From a virus, in the IMG/VR virus record IMGVR_UViG_3300045988_109366, positions 32,001 through 96,000 of that record: a stretch of DNA of 64,000 bases, one strand, 5' to 3'. The translations under genes and the position numbers were made by a program. Below the pieces are notes generated by a model. That model was given only the letters and a program-made list of their open reading frames with translations. It was not told where the DNA came from and made no database searches. Position 1 is the stretch's first letter. Each line of letters begins with the position of its first letter. This document shows, piece by piece, positions 54,919-62,442 of this stretch.

Positions 54919-55287
54919 AAAAAATATACAATAAGTAAACACGATTTTAAAACAACACTCAAACAATACAACAAATTGAGTATCAACAACATAATATATA
55001 TCAACCCCTAGAGCTACCTCTAAGAGAAGACAAGCCTAGATATAGATAAAAAATATACAATAAGTACCGCCTATTATATACCTTTTAGGATCGATTCAAG
55101 CGCAAATCCATACATAAGGACGCAATTCACACGTCCGTATGGATATAGATATATACAAAATGATACATAATAAAGTATTTTACTTACACATTTATAATTA
55201 AGGCTTAAAATTTACCGCCTCAACACTTTTATGTGTAAGCAAAACATATGATTATGCTGTCATTTTGTAAAATTAGACACAAAAAAA

Positions 55288-55323
55288 GCCCTTCCGTCTT
55301 ATATCACTACAGTACAGAAGGGC
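55288..55323 (-). terminator. hairpin plus T7 terminator (minus strand)
   Basis: Stem GCCCTTC / GAAGGGC with a 22-nt loop, followed by TTTTTTT on the minus strand. Downstream of 55356-55562. Confidence 0.45.
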
Positions 55324-55355
55324 ACAAACTTTAAAATCAAATAAAAACAAACGAT

Positions 55356-55562
55356 CTATTGTCGTAATTTGTTTGCCATATAACTAACACGTTTCCGCCT
55401 ACATTTATCAGAATCTCTACTACAATCTAATTTATTAGACTTGTATAGATCTTTGGTAAGTTCAACGTAAAATTCCATTTGAGACTTTCTTACAGCCTCT
55501 AAAGCCTTTTCTTTTTGAATGGATAATTTCTTATTCAAATTATCAAACTTTTTTTTGTACAT
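55356..55562 (-). CDS. small basic coiled-coil protein
   Basis: 68-codon ORF flanked by a terminator and a GC-rich element. Confidence 0.45.
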   Translation of the reverse strand: MYKKKFDNLNKKLSIQKEKALEAVRKSQMEFYVELTKDLYKSNKLDCSRDSDKCRRKRVSYMANKLRQ

Positions 55563-55584
55563 AATCTATCCTTTTTTAATGGCA

Positions 55585-55682
55585 CCAATAAGAAACGGGA
55601 GACCGGGGACGACACGGCCGGCGTTATCGATATAACCAGCCGAACGCCCGCACGCCCCCCTATTTTCTTTGGTTTCGTCCCC
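55585..55682. repeat. GC-rich hairpin element (CCAA...TTGG family, larger variant)
   Basis: CCAATAAGAAACGGGAG...CCCCCCTATTTTCTTTGG. Nested stems GGGGACGA/TCGTCCCC and GGCGTT/AACGCC. Confidence 0.45.
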
Positions 55683-56228
55683 TTGCCGACAACGAAGCCA
55701 ACCAAATACGCACATACGTTGTCCGTGATACGTATCGACAAGGCGCACTTTGTACGTCAATTTAACCGCACAAAATACCCTTGTAAGGGTTGTTATTTAC
55801 TATCCGTACACATGTTAGGTATTTAAGCAACCCTAACATACGTCGTATTGATACATTAGCACGGAAATAACACCGTAATGCACTCCATGTGTGCTGCTCT
55901 CGCTACACATGGACATACGCCCTATACATGCGTATATACACCAATATACCCCATGTTTTTACATGGCCTATCCGGTTGACCGGACGTATTAACCAGTCTT
56001 GATACATAGCCAAAAATAACGGCACGCCCCTGAACTAGGAGAACGCCTGATCACACTATTAGTCGGCAACCTATTTATACGAACTCTCGATACCCTACCG
56101 ATTCGCATATCTATGTATCAATATGTTAAATATCTTATCTGTTTAGTCTAAATCAGTGGCACGGCGTGAACGTACAGATATCGCCACCATAATGCCCCTA
56201 TATATAAAGATATAAGGACATCTTAATA

Positions 56229-56765
56229 TTATCTTACATTTTTATCGTGAGTAAGATAATAGGTGATACATTTGGCTATCAATGAAAACGAAAAATTCGT
56301 TATTTTAGTAGCCATTCGAGTAGATTTATATCTTTCATTATTGTAAATAACGAAATAACCGCTTTTATCCTCAGAGTATTTAATAGGGGCACAATAGCCA
56401 AAAGCTTTATGTGTTGTGCCCAAAAGAATTTTCTGAGCTTGTTTTTCAGCTAACATTATTTTATTGTTGGCTGATTCATTTTCATCATTGTAAATCTTTT
56501 CTATTTCTATATATTGGCAAAATACGCCATCTATATTTGCAAGAATTTCTTTACAAATAGTAATAACCAATTCTTTATCTTTAGCCAAAGCGACTAAAGA
56601 CGGGATAACATCTTTTGAAACTTCAATATTGTTTTCTTTGATAATATCCATAACATCTTTTTTGCTATTAAACAATCTGCACCAAGATTTTATCGCACCC
56701 GTCAAAGTTTCAGACTCCGACTTTTTCACTGCATTTTGTACTCGATTCAAATCTTTTGCTTTCAT
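56229..56765 (-). CDS. hypothetical protein, isolated AT-rich gene
   Basis: 178-codon ORF with visibly lower GC than its flanks. It has its own -7 box and a ~76-nt leader. Confidence 0.55.
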   Translation of the reverse strand: MKAKDLNRVQNAVKKSESETLTGAIKSWCRLFNSKKDVMDIIKENNIEVSKDVIPSLVALAKDKELVITICKEILANIDGVFCQYIEIEKIYNDENESANNKIMLAEKQAQKILLGTTHKAFGYCAPIKYSEDKSGYFVIYNNERYKSTRMATKITNFSFSLIAKCITYYLTHDKNVR

Positions 56766-56841
56766 ATTAAATCGCCCTTGCCCTAGGGACTTGTATAGGC
56801 ATCTAGCACGCCTCGTTTGTTAATATTGTTATCTCACATTG

Positions 56842-56849
56842 CAAATATA
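56842..56849 (-). promoter_or_regulatory. -7 promoter box TATATTTG (minus strand)
   Basis: TAnnTTTG match upstream of 56229-56765. Confidence 0.35.
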
Positions 56850-57100
56850 ATACATGTTTTATTTCCAAACAAATATTTTACAATAAAAATTCAACGATTA
56901 TATATAATAAAACTAATCAAATGTAAATGTATATTAAAATATTGATTTATATCATTGATAATCAACAATTTAAATCAAAAATAAGCATTCTTTTTTGGTT
57001 GGCTGGTCGTTTGCCGTTCCTTTTTCCCGCCCTTCGTGGATTGGGGGGGCGGTCCAAAAAACGGCAGACCCCACGGCCCGATTTCGGGGAGGTGGTCCGT

Positions 57101-57145
57101 CCCTCATATCCCGCATATCCCTCATATCCCGCAATCCCTCATACC
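57101..57145. repeat. 2.6 copies of a 17-18-bp tandem repeat CCCTCATATCCCGCA(T)AT
   Basis: Read directly from the sequence. Lies about 80 bp upstream of the -7 box at 57224. Confidence 0.8.
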
Positions 57146-57223
57146 TCTACATGTGATGCGCATCCCAACATATCCCTATCAAATCCATTCATCGTCCCCT
57201 CACGACCTTCTCATTAATTTTAT

Positions 57224-57231
57224 TATATTTG
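57224..57231 (+). promoter_or_regulatory. -7 promoter box TATATTTG
   Basis: TAnnTTTG match 26 nt upstream of ATG 57257. Confidence 0.45.
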
Positions 57232-57279
57232 CGATATAATAAAAACATAACATATTATGAATAAAGAAGTTGAATATAT

Positions 57280-57317
57280 GGGGGGGGGTATTTTAACCCT
57301 CAGATAAGGGGGGGGGG
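57280..57317 (+). repeat. two homopolymeric G tracts (G9 at 57280-57288, G10 at 57308-57317)
   Basis: Read directly from the sequence. They lie between a 16-codon upstream ORF and the 163-codon ORF. Confidence 0.9.
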
Positions 57318-57318
57318 T

Positions 57319-57810
57319 ATGTTTAGGCGCAGGACTTCTTCCGGTAAGATCCACTACCGTGTTAATATAAACAAGAATATGTGTCTTGGCGTTGTAGATA
57401 TATATATTGATAGGAAGCCATATCAACCTGGTTTTAACGGATCTTATCTTGATATATATCGCGATAAGAAGATAAAAACTATAAGCATAAGTGGCCAGAT
57501 ATCATATCTAAATCCGAAAAATGAGTACAATGTTATTTTGGGCATAAGTGGAGGTATTATAGAGGGAACCCTTACGTATCAATATAATTCGGGTATGCAT
57601 TGCGAGTTGGCTAATAAGGTGATATACGGGAATAGGATAACTAATTTTGTTCCTGTAACGGAGATAGAAGATCCTGGGAAGATCATTAATTTCACTTACA
57701 GATCTGAATTACAGACTCAGGTTTTAGATGAAAGTCATGTAACTTGGGATGGTGATTATATAAACGATAATTGTATAGTAACTGATCTTTGTTCGGGATG
57801 TGAATCTTAA
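57319..57810 (+). CDS. hypothetical protein; probably begins at ATG 57257 if the G9 tract were one G longer
   Basis: 163-codon ORF. The upstream ORF 57257-57307 would become in-frame with a +1 change in the G9 tract. Confidence 0.55.
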   Translation: MFRRRTSSGKIHYRVNINKNMCLGVVDIYIDRKPYQPGFNGSYLDIYRDKKIKTISISGQISYLNPKNEYNVILGISGGIIEGTLTYQYNSGMHCELANKVIYGNRITNFVPVTEIEDPGKIINFTYRSELQTQVLDESHVTWDGDYINDNCIVTDLCSGCES

Positions 57811-57866
57811 GCCCATGGGAAAAGTTCTCGTGATAACTATCGAGTAACGGTAAGGATAGTGTAATT

Positions 57867-57935
57867 CCAAGGGAAGGAGGGAGACCTCGTCCTACCGGGC
57901 CTCCCCCGTCCTACCGGGCCTCCCGTTCTTTTTGG
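57867..57935 (+). terminator. GC-rich hairpin element (CCAA...TTGG family) acting as a terminator
   Basis: CCAAGGGAAGGAGGGAGACC, then two copies of CGTCCTACCGGGCCTCCC, then GTTCTTTTTGG. Confidence 0.5.
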
Positions 57936-57975
57936 CTTCTCCCTGTCTTATCTTTGACCGGATATCAAAAATTCA

Positions 57976-57983
57976 TATCTTTG
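57976..57983 (+). promoter_or_regulatory. -7 promoter box TATCTTTG
   Basis: TAnnTTTG match 16 nt upstream of ATG 58000. Confidence 0.45.
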
Positions 57984-57999
57984 GAACAAAACTACAATC

Positions 58000-58170
58000 A
58001 TGTTTGATGAAGATATCGAGAAGATAAATGTAAGGGATAGTACGGTTATCCGCGACAACGAGATACATAAGATGTATGACGAGATACTTAATGAGCTAGG
58101 TGATTTGGCCACTGTCGTATCTATGAACTACGTGTATGGCAGGATAAAGGACAGTACTGGATTAAAGTAG
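58000..58170 (+). CDS. small hypothetical protein (56 aa)
   Basis: Below the track cutoff. MFDEDIEKINVRDSTVIRDNEIHKMYDEILNELGDLATVVSMNYVYGRIKDSTGLK. Has a promoter box at canonical spacing. Confidence 0.45.
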   Translation: MFDEDIEKINVRDSTVIRDNEIHKMYDEILNELGDLATVVSMNYVYGRIKDSTGLK

Positions 58171-58359
58171 GATAATAAACCATACTAAAGTCGAGGATAT
58201 ATGATTAAAGACGTAATGGAGAGGGATATGATAAATGAGATATCCACGTTGTTTGTAATGATATTCACGTCAGGGTTGATGTTTGTCATGCCGATGTTAG
58301 ATATAGAGTGTGATGATATTACTATCATAATAAGATCAGGAATAATACTATCTTTTATG

Positions 58360-58908
58360 CTAACCATAATCCCGATCTTGCTTTCTTACGATATAAGGGA
58401 TGAGATCATTGAGTTGATTGGTGATATAGACAGCCAGATCGTGGTAGGCACTTCGGTATATAAAACGAACCTGCCCACCGAAGCATTCCTCCCCATCATA
58501 ATGCTTATGTGACTTACAGACCTTTACATCCCCTTTAGCCAGCTCGTTGAAGAAAGCGGCATTGTAAAGCATTCGATATTTATATAGTTCGTTAAATGTA
58601 TGATATCCGTCGGATACGTTACCCATATCATCTTCATGTAAATATGTTTTCTCAAAAATGTCCTGCTTGCAAGGATAAAACTCCCCGTTTACTCCCTTGA
58701 TGATGTAATCACCTACATTGGCTTTCATAACACCTTCAAGGGTTTCTATACTACAATCAACAGAAGGAGGTATCCTATTATCATCGCCACCTTCCCTAAT
58801 AACTTCTATTTTAACGCTATCACCAGCGAAATCCTTGATCTCATCATTATTAAAGCCTTTCCATTTTACGGCTTCTATCGCAATTGGTTTCTTTACATAT
58901 CTATTCAT
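58360..58908 (-). CDS. hypothetical protein
   Basis: 182-codon ORF. Confidence 0.6.
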   Translation of the reverse strand: MNRYVKKPIAIEAVKWKGFNNDEIKDFAGDSVKIEVIREGGDDNRIPPSVDCSIETLEGVMKANVGDYIIKGVNGEFYPCKQDIFEKTYLHEDDMGNVSDGYHTFNELYKYRMLYNAAFFNELAKGDVKVCKSHKHYDGEECFGGQVRFIYRSAYHDLAVYITNQLNDLIPYIVRKQDRDYG

Positions 58909-58930
58909 AATTTTACGATTTAATATATTA

Positions 58931-59206
58931 TTATCTTTTGATATACCTTTCTATAAGATCTATTGATAGTTTAGCTCCCAGCTCCTCCTCCAATAGGTTA
59001 AGGTAGTTCCGGTGCAGGCATCCGCCCCGCCCCACCTCCCTAAAGCCGGCCCCGTCCCGGATCCTGACCAGCCCTTTCCTTGGATCCATGTCGATCATAT
59101 CCCGAAGCTCGTTCATGTTCTTAAACCTGTCTTCTATTACCTTAAATACATCGATCTTAGGTCTCTTATCCTTATCCTTGGACTTTATTTTAATTCTTCC
59201 ACTCAT
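58931..59206 (-). CDS. hypothetical protein
   Basis: 91-codon ORF. Confidence 0.5.
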   Translation of the reverse strand: MSGRIKIKSKDKDKRPKIDVFKVIEDRFKNMNELRDMIDMDPRKGLVRIRDGAGFREVGRGGCLHRNYLNLLEEELGAKLSIDLIERYIKR

Positions 59207-59211
59207 ATCAA

Positions 59212-59322
59212 TTATCCAGTGACTTTACATGTAATATGATTCATATTATTACCGCGATAAGCGCACATAGATACGTAGGGAGAATACACTCTTCCACATA
59301 TCGGACATCTCCATCCCCACAT
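59212..59322 (-). CDS. small zinc-ribbon protein (36 aa)
   Basis: Below the track cutoff. MWGWRCPICGRVYSPYVSMCAYRG... Confidence 0.25.
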   Translation of the reverse strand: MWGWRCPICGRVYSPYVSMCAYRGNNMNHITCKVTG

Positions 59323-59394
59323 AACAGGATTTGTTTGTTTGTCAATTTCTTTCAAGCCTTCATTAGTAGTGGATGATGTATTTTGTTTTCCATA

Positions 59395-59937
59395 TCATTC
59401 GTTATTTATCTTATCTGTACTTCCAAATCCATTATCCCCTCTATCAGACTTTCCAAGATCTTCTAATGACTTCACTTCTTCCCATACGATACGTTCCCTT
59501 CTACGAATAAGAAGTTGTGCTACTTTACCACCGACATTACAATAATAAGGACTATGTCTATCCATTTTTCTGTGAACTATTATAATCTCCCCGCTATATC
59601 CTTCATCAATAGTAGCAGGGGCGTTTTGCATAATTAGCTCGCTATTAGTAAAACCACTACGTGGACGGATTTCCATCTCATAATCTTCAGGTATTGCTAC
59701 ATGTACACCAGTATGATATATGATTCTTCCATTATCAAGTTCTATATCCTTAACGAACAAATCCATACAAGCATCCTGTTTATGAGCGTATTCAGGTAGC
59801 TTAGCCCCCTCTTCTAGCCATATCTTGACCTTACACGTATCTATACCATCAAGTAACTCAACTGCCTCTTTATAGCTCATAGGTTGTTCTGAGGCTAATG
59901 AAATGGCTCTTGCCAATAAATCTTTAATCTTACTCAT
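59395..59937 (-). CDS. dut: dUTP diphosphatase (trimeric dUTPase)
   Basis: Motifs DACMDL, RPRSG, ATIDEGYSGEI, KVAQLLI, RGDNGFGSTD. Confidence 0.9.
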   Translation of the reverse strand: MSKIKDLLARAISLASEQPMSYKEAVELLDGIDTCKVKIWLEEGAKLPEYAHKQDACMDLFVKDIELDNGRIIYHTGVHVAIPEDYEMEIRPRSGFTNSELIMQNAPATIDEGYSGEIIIVHRKMDRHSPYYCNVGGKVAQLLIRRRERIVWEEVKSLEDLGKSDRGDNGFGSTDKINNE

Positions 59938-60683
59938 TTTATCTTGTCTTTAAATTCTTTCCCCTTCGGACATTGTAATTTACATTCCTCACCACAAGCG
60001 GAACATTTGGGTCTCATTCCGGACACCCCTCTTCCCCCGTACGGCCAGTAGGCGTAATCGCAGACGCTCCAGAACGCCTCCATCGCCTTTATCTTGGCAT
60101 CGACGGTTATCTTCTCCTTAACCTTTTTCATGCTTTTCCTGAACTCGTCTTTCATATCCTTCCCCTCTATCTGTCTAGCCTTACGTCTCTCATTCCACCA
60201 ATTATAGTAGAATTTGTCAGCCATCTTATAGGCTTCCGGATCAAATTTATCACGGTGCAGGATAGGTGCGTCCTTGACCTTTCTCAAATTCCTGCCACAA
60301 ACATAAGCAAGCCCGGCGTACGGAGGTATGTCCTTAGGATCAACCAACCCATCCGGTACGCAGTAGTAGAAGTAGTTGGGCCGGCCGTACCTGACCCAGT
60401 CCCCGGTCTCGTATAGGGCTTGCTTCCGGACCTCGAACCAGCCTTGCATTACTTGGTGCTTTTCCTGTTTCTCGAAATCCTTGTTATAGTCAGCAAGCGA
60501 GATCTTAACCTCAACCTCATAGGCGTACATGGATCTGGTTATAGCCAGATAATCAGACTCCCAGTTATAGACATATAAGTTGTTTATAATCCATCTAGGG
60601 GATACCAAGAACTGTCTGTTAAGGATATCCAATATCCCTCTCTCAGTATATTCAGCACCTTTATTTGATCGCCGTGTTCCCAT
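59934..60683 (-). CDS. PD-(D/E)XK nuclease, MmcB-like, with C-terminal Cys cluster
   Basis: WESDYLAITRSMYAYEVEVKIS core and CSACGEECKLQC tail. Confidence 0.45.
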   Translation of the reverse strand: MGTRRSNKGAEYTERGILDILNRQFLVSPRWIINNLYVYNWESDYLAITRSMYAYEVEVKISLADYNKDFEKQEKHQVMQGWFEVRKQALYETGDWVRYGRPNYFYYCVPDGLVDPKDIPPYAGLAYVCGRNLRKVKDAPILHRDKFDPEAYKMADKFYYNWWNERRKARQIEGKDMKDEFRKSMKKVKEKITVDAKIKAMEAFWSVCDYAYWPYGGRGVSGMRPKCSACGEECKLQCPKGKEFKDKIK

Positions 60684-60951
60684 CTCCTGTCAGAGGATTA
60701 TTCCTATATCCTACCGCCATTATAGCATTACCTATCAACATCCTCAACTTATCCATATCTTTATCATGGAACGAGAAACTGGTTAAGGTATATGACTTAG
60801 TAGCCTTCTCACAAGACCTTATCATCAACATAGCCACATATTCCCCCATCATCTTTCCGTTCATAATATCAAGATCGATTATACCGTGATCTATTAGATC
60901 AACCACATCCCATCCTGCTGGTAGATACTTTTTTATCTGATTAATATCCAT
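60661..60951 (-). CDS. hypothetical protein
   Basis: 96-codon ORF. Confidence 0.5.
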   Translation of the reverse strand: MDINQIKKYLPAGWDVVDLIDHGIIDLDIMNGKMMGEYVAMLMIRSCEKATKSYTLTSFSFHDKDMDKLRMLIGNAIMAVGYRNNPLTGDGNTAIK

Positions 60952-60969
60952 CCCAAATAGTTATTATAA

Positions 60970-60995
60970 ATAGGAGGGTCGTGCTACCCTCCTAT
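60970..60995 (-). terminator. 10-bp hairpin downstream of the tRNA cluster
   Basis: ATAGGAGGGT-cgtgct-ACCCTCCTAT, followed on the minus strand by TTTATAATAA. Confidence 0.5.
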
Positions 60996-61118
60996 AGATT
61001 ACACACGAAAAATAGAACTGAAAGCGATCTTAAGCACGTAAGATTTTATTGATTCCCGTAGGCTGTCTACCGGTTATCGTTAATTACCGTACGGGAATAT
61101 GTTTAAGAAAACACCATG

Positions 61119-61194
61119 TGGGGAGTGGGGGAATCGAACCCTTATCCACGCTACGATTAGGAATCGTAAATTCTATCCGTTAAATTAACTCCCC
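61119..61194 (-). tRNA. tRNA-Arg (anticodon CCT)
   Basis: 7-bp acceptor stem GGGGAGT/ACTCCCC. Perfect anticodon stem TACGA/TCGTA with loop TTCCTAA. T-loop TTCGATT. The T-stem is weak (3 GC pairs plus 2 A-C). Confidence 0.6.
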
Positions 61195-61213
61195 TTTATT
61201 CAAAGATCTATAA

Positions 61214-61228
61214 ATTGTATATAATTAC
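61214..61228 (-). promoter_or_regulatory. solo copy of the LE-type motif GTAATTATATACAAT upstream of tRNA-Arg
   Basis: Identical 15-mer to 42761-42775. Lies 20 nt upstream of the tRNA 5' end. Confidence 0.35.
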
Positions 61229-61243
61229 CAAACAATATTTTAG

Positions 61244-61309
61244 CGAATCCGGCTGGAATCGAACCAGCATCTCCAATATTATGGTAATCATCCAATGATC
61301 CTCGGATCC
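61244..61309 (-). other. tRNA-like remnant (canonical T-arm and acceptor, no foldable D/anticodon arms)
   Basis: GCTGG-TTCGATT-CCAGC T-arm. Acceptor GGATCCG/CGGATTC with one G-U pair. The 5' half does not form a cloverleaf in any register tried. Confidence 0.35.
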
Positions 61310-61390
61310 ATATGTCCCGATCCTCCCGGACAAGGACATCAAACAAAATCTAAACTCTAAATCTAATGACAAATTATATTAATCCAACTG

Positions 61391-61464
61391 TGGACCCGGC
61401 CGGGCTTGAACCGACAACCTTCTGGTTATGAGCCAATTGCTCTTACCGATTGAGCTACGGGTCC
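61391..61464 (-). tRNA. tRNA with CAT anticodon (elongator Met, or Ile2 if lysidine-modified)
   Basis: Cloverleaf GGACCCG-TA-GCTC..GAGC-A-ATTGG-CTCATAA-CCAGA-AGGTT-GTCGG-TTCAAGC-CCGGC-CGGGTCC-A. The G1-C72 pair argues against an initiator. Confidence 0.85.
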
Positions 61465-61531
61465 TAAATACACCACATCGTCTTTCACAAGAGGATGTGG
61501 GACGGAATTTCTCGAAGTTTATATAGTAATA

Positions 61532-62131
61532 TCATGAAACTATTGTCCAACATTCTAGCATATAGCACCAATCATCGAACGGGAACGTCTCTACACCAGA
61601 CCTACCCCATCCCGTCCCCCAACTGTTCTGTAGGACGAAGCCGGCCTTGTCCCATCCGGTGAGGATAACGGCATGACCTCCCAAGTTCTGTCCTTGGCCT
61701 TGCCAGAACCGATTACCATAATTATAGCAATACAGACCTATAACCAGAGGCCCATTCAGCATCAACGCTACCTTAGCTGATACCGGATCTATGATCCTAG
61801 CGTAACTGTTTATTTTCTCCCCATCTACGCCTACGTTCTTGATAGACTTGATAGCGTCACGAAGAACCATCCCGTCCTGGCCCTTATCCTCTCTCAGATC
61901 ATATATATCGTAAGGAGATATTTTAGCTGGTCTTTTGATATCCTTTATAGCTTTTCTCCAGTTAAGGATCTCAGCTAAGCTTACGGCTGCGCAAATAGGA
62001 GAAGATCCTTGATCCACTACGCTATCGACATTATTGATCTTATACTCATCAGGAACAGCCTCATGTTGCATATTCATGATAGCGTCCCTATCATCCGCTG
62101 GTGATGGTATGTAACCTAGTCCGTAACTCAT
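61532..62131 (-). CDS. papain-like (C1 family) cysteine peptidase
   Basis: QGSSPICAAVS (catalytic Cys), GGHAVILTGWD (His), QNSWGTGWG (Asn/Trp). Confidence 0.7.
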   Translation of the reverse strand: MSYGLGYIPSPADDRDAIMNMQHEAVPDEYKINNVDSVVDQGSSPICAAVSLAEILNWRKAIKDIKRPAKISPYDIYDLREDKGQDGMVLRDAIKSIKNVGVDGEKINSYARIIDPVSAKVALMLNGPLVIGLYCYNYGNRFWQGQGQNLGGHAVILTGWDKAGFVLQNSWGTGWGRSGVETFPFDDWCYMLECWTIVS

Positions 62132-62442
62132 TTTTTATCTTTTTTATGATAATCAATTATCTTGATATTAAACGTATCGGATCTTTGCCTAACCTGTATT
62201 GACCCTCTAGCTTTTCCCTTGGCGTCGTACAGGGCGGTGAAACCAAAGTTATCGACCCGGCCGTCATCCAGCGTAAACCTCCACTCCTTCCATTGGCCCA
62301 TCACGGTTCCGGAAGATACTATGGAATCCACCACATAAGATATATCAGTAGTATCGTACTCCGTATAATAGGTTCTAGATGTACTACATCCGACATCCGC
62401 TAAGGTAAATAACATTAACAAGAAAAACAAGATCTTATTCAT
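62128..62442 (-). CDS. lipoprotein (signal peptide plus lipobox)
   Basis: From ATG 62442: MNKILFFLLMLFTLADVGC. 4-nt overlap with the peptidase gene. Confidence 0.55.
   Translation of the reverse strand: MNKILFFLLMLFTLADVGCSTSRTYYTEYDTTDISYVVDSIVSSGTVMGQWKEWRFTLDDGRVDNFGFTALYDAKGKARGSIQVRQRSDTFNIKIIDYHKKDKK

Noticed and set aside
57280-57317. The poly-G tracts could be an assembly or two-colour-chemistry artefact, or a contig-end signature.
   Set aside because: This cannot be excluded. However, the tracts are internal, occur twice with the same GGGGGGGGGTAT context, and have a coherent coding relationship to the flanking ORFs. Reported as a finding with this caveat.
58201-58512. 103-codon plus-strand hydrophobic ORF downstream of the small plus-strand island.
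   Set aside because: Its 3' half overlaps the convergent 58360-58908 gene by about 150 nt, and it has no promoter box. Possibly real, but not supportable from this sequence.
61061-61108. Nested hairpin ATTCCCGTAC...GTACGGGAAT next to tRNA-Arg as a possible fourth tRNA.
   Set aside because: It is about 48 nt long with no T-loop or anticodon architecture. More likely a processing or terminator hairpin.
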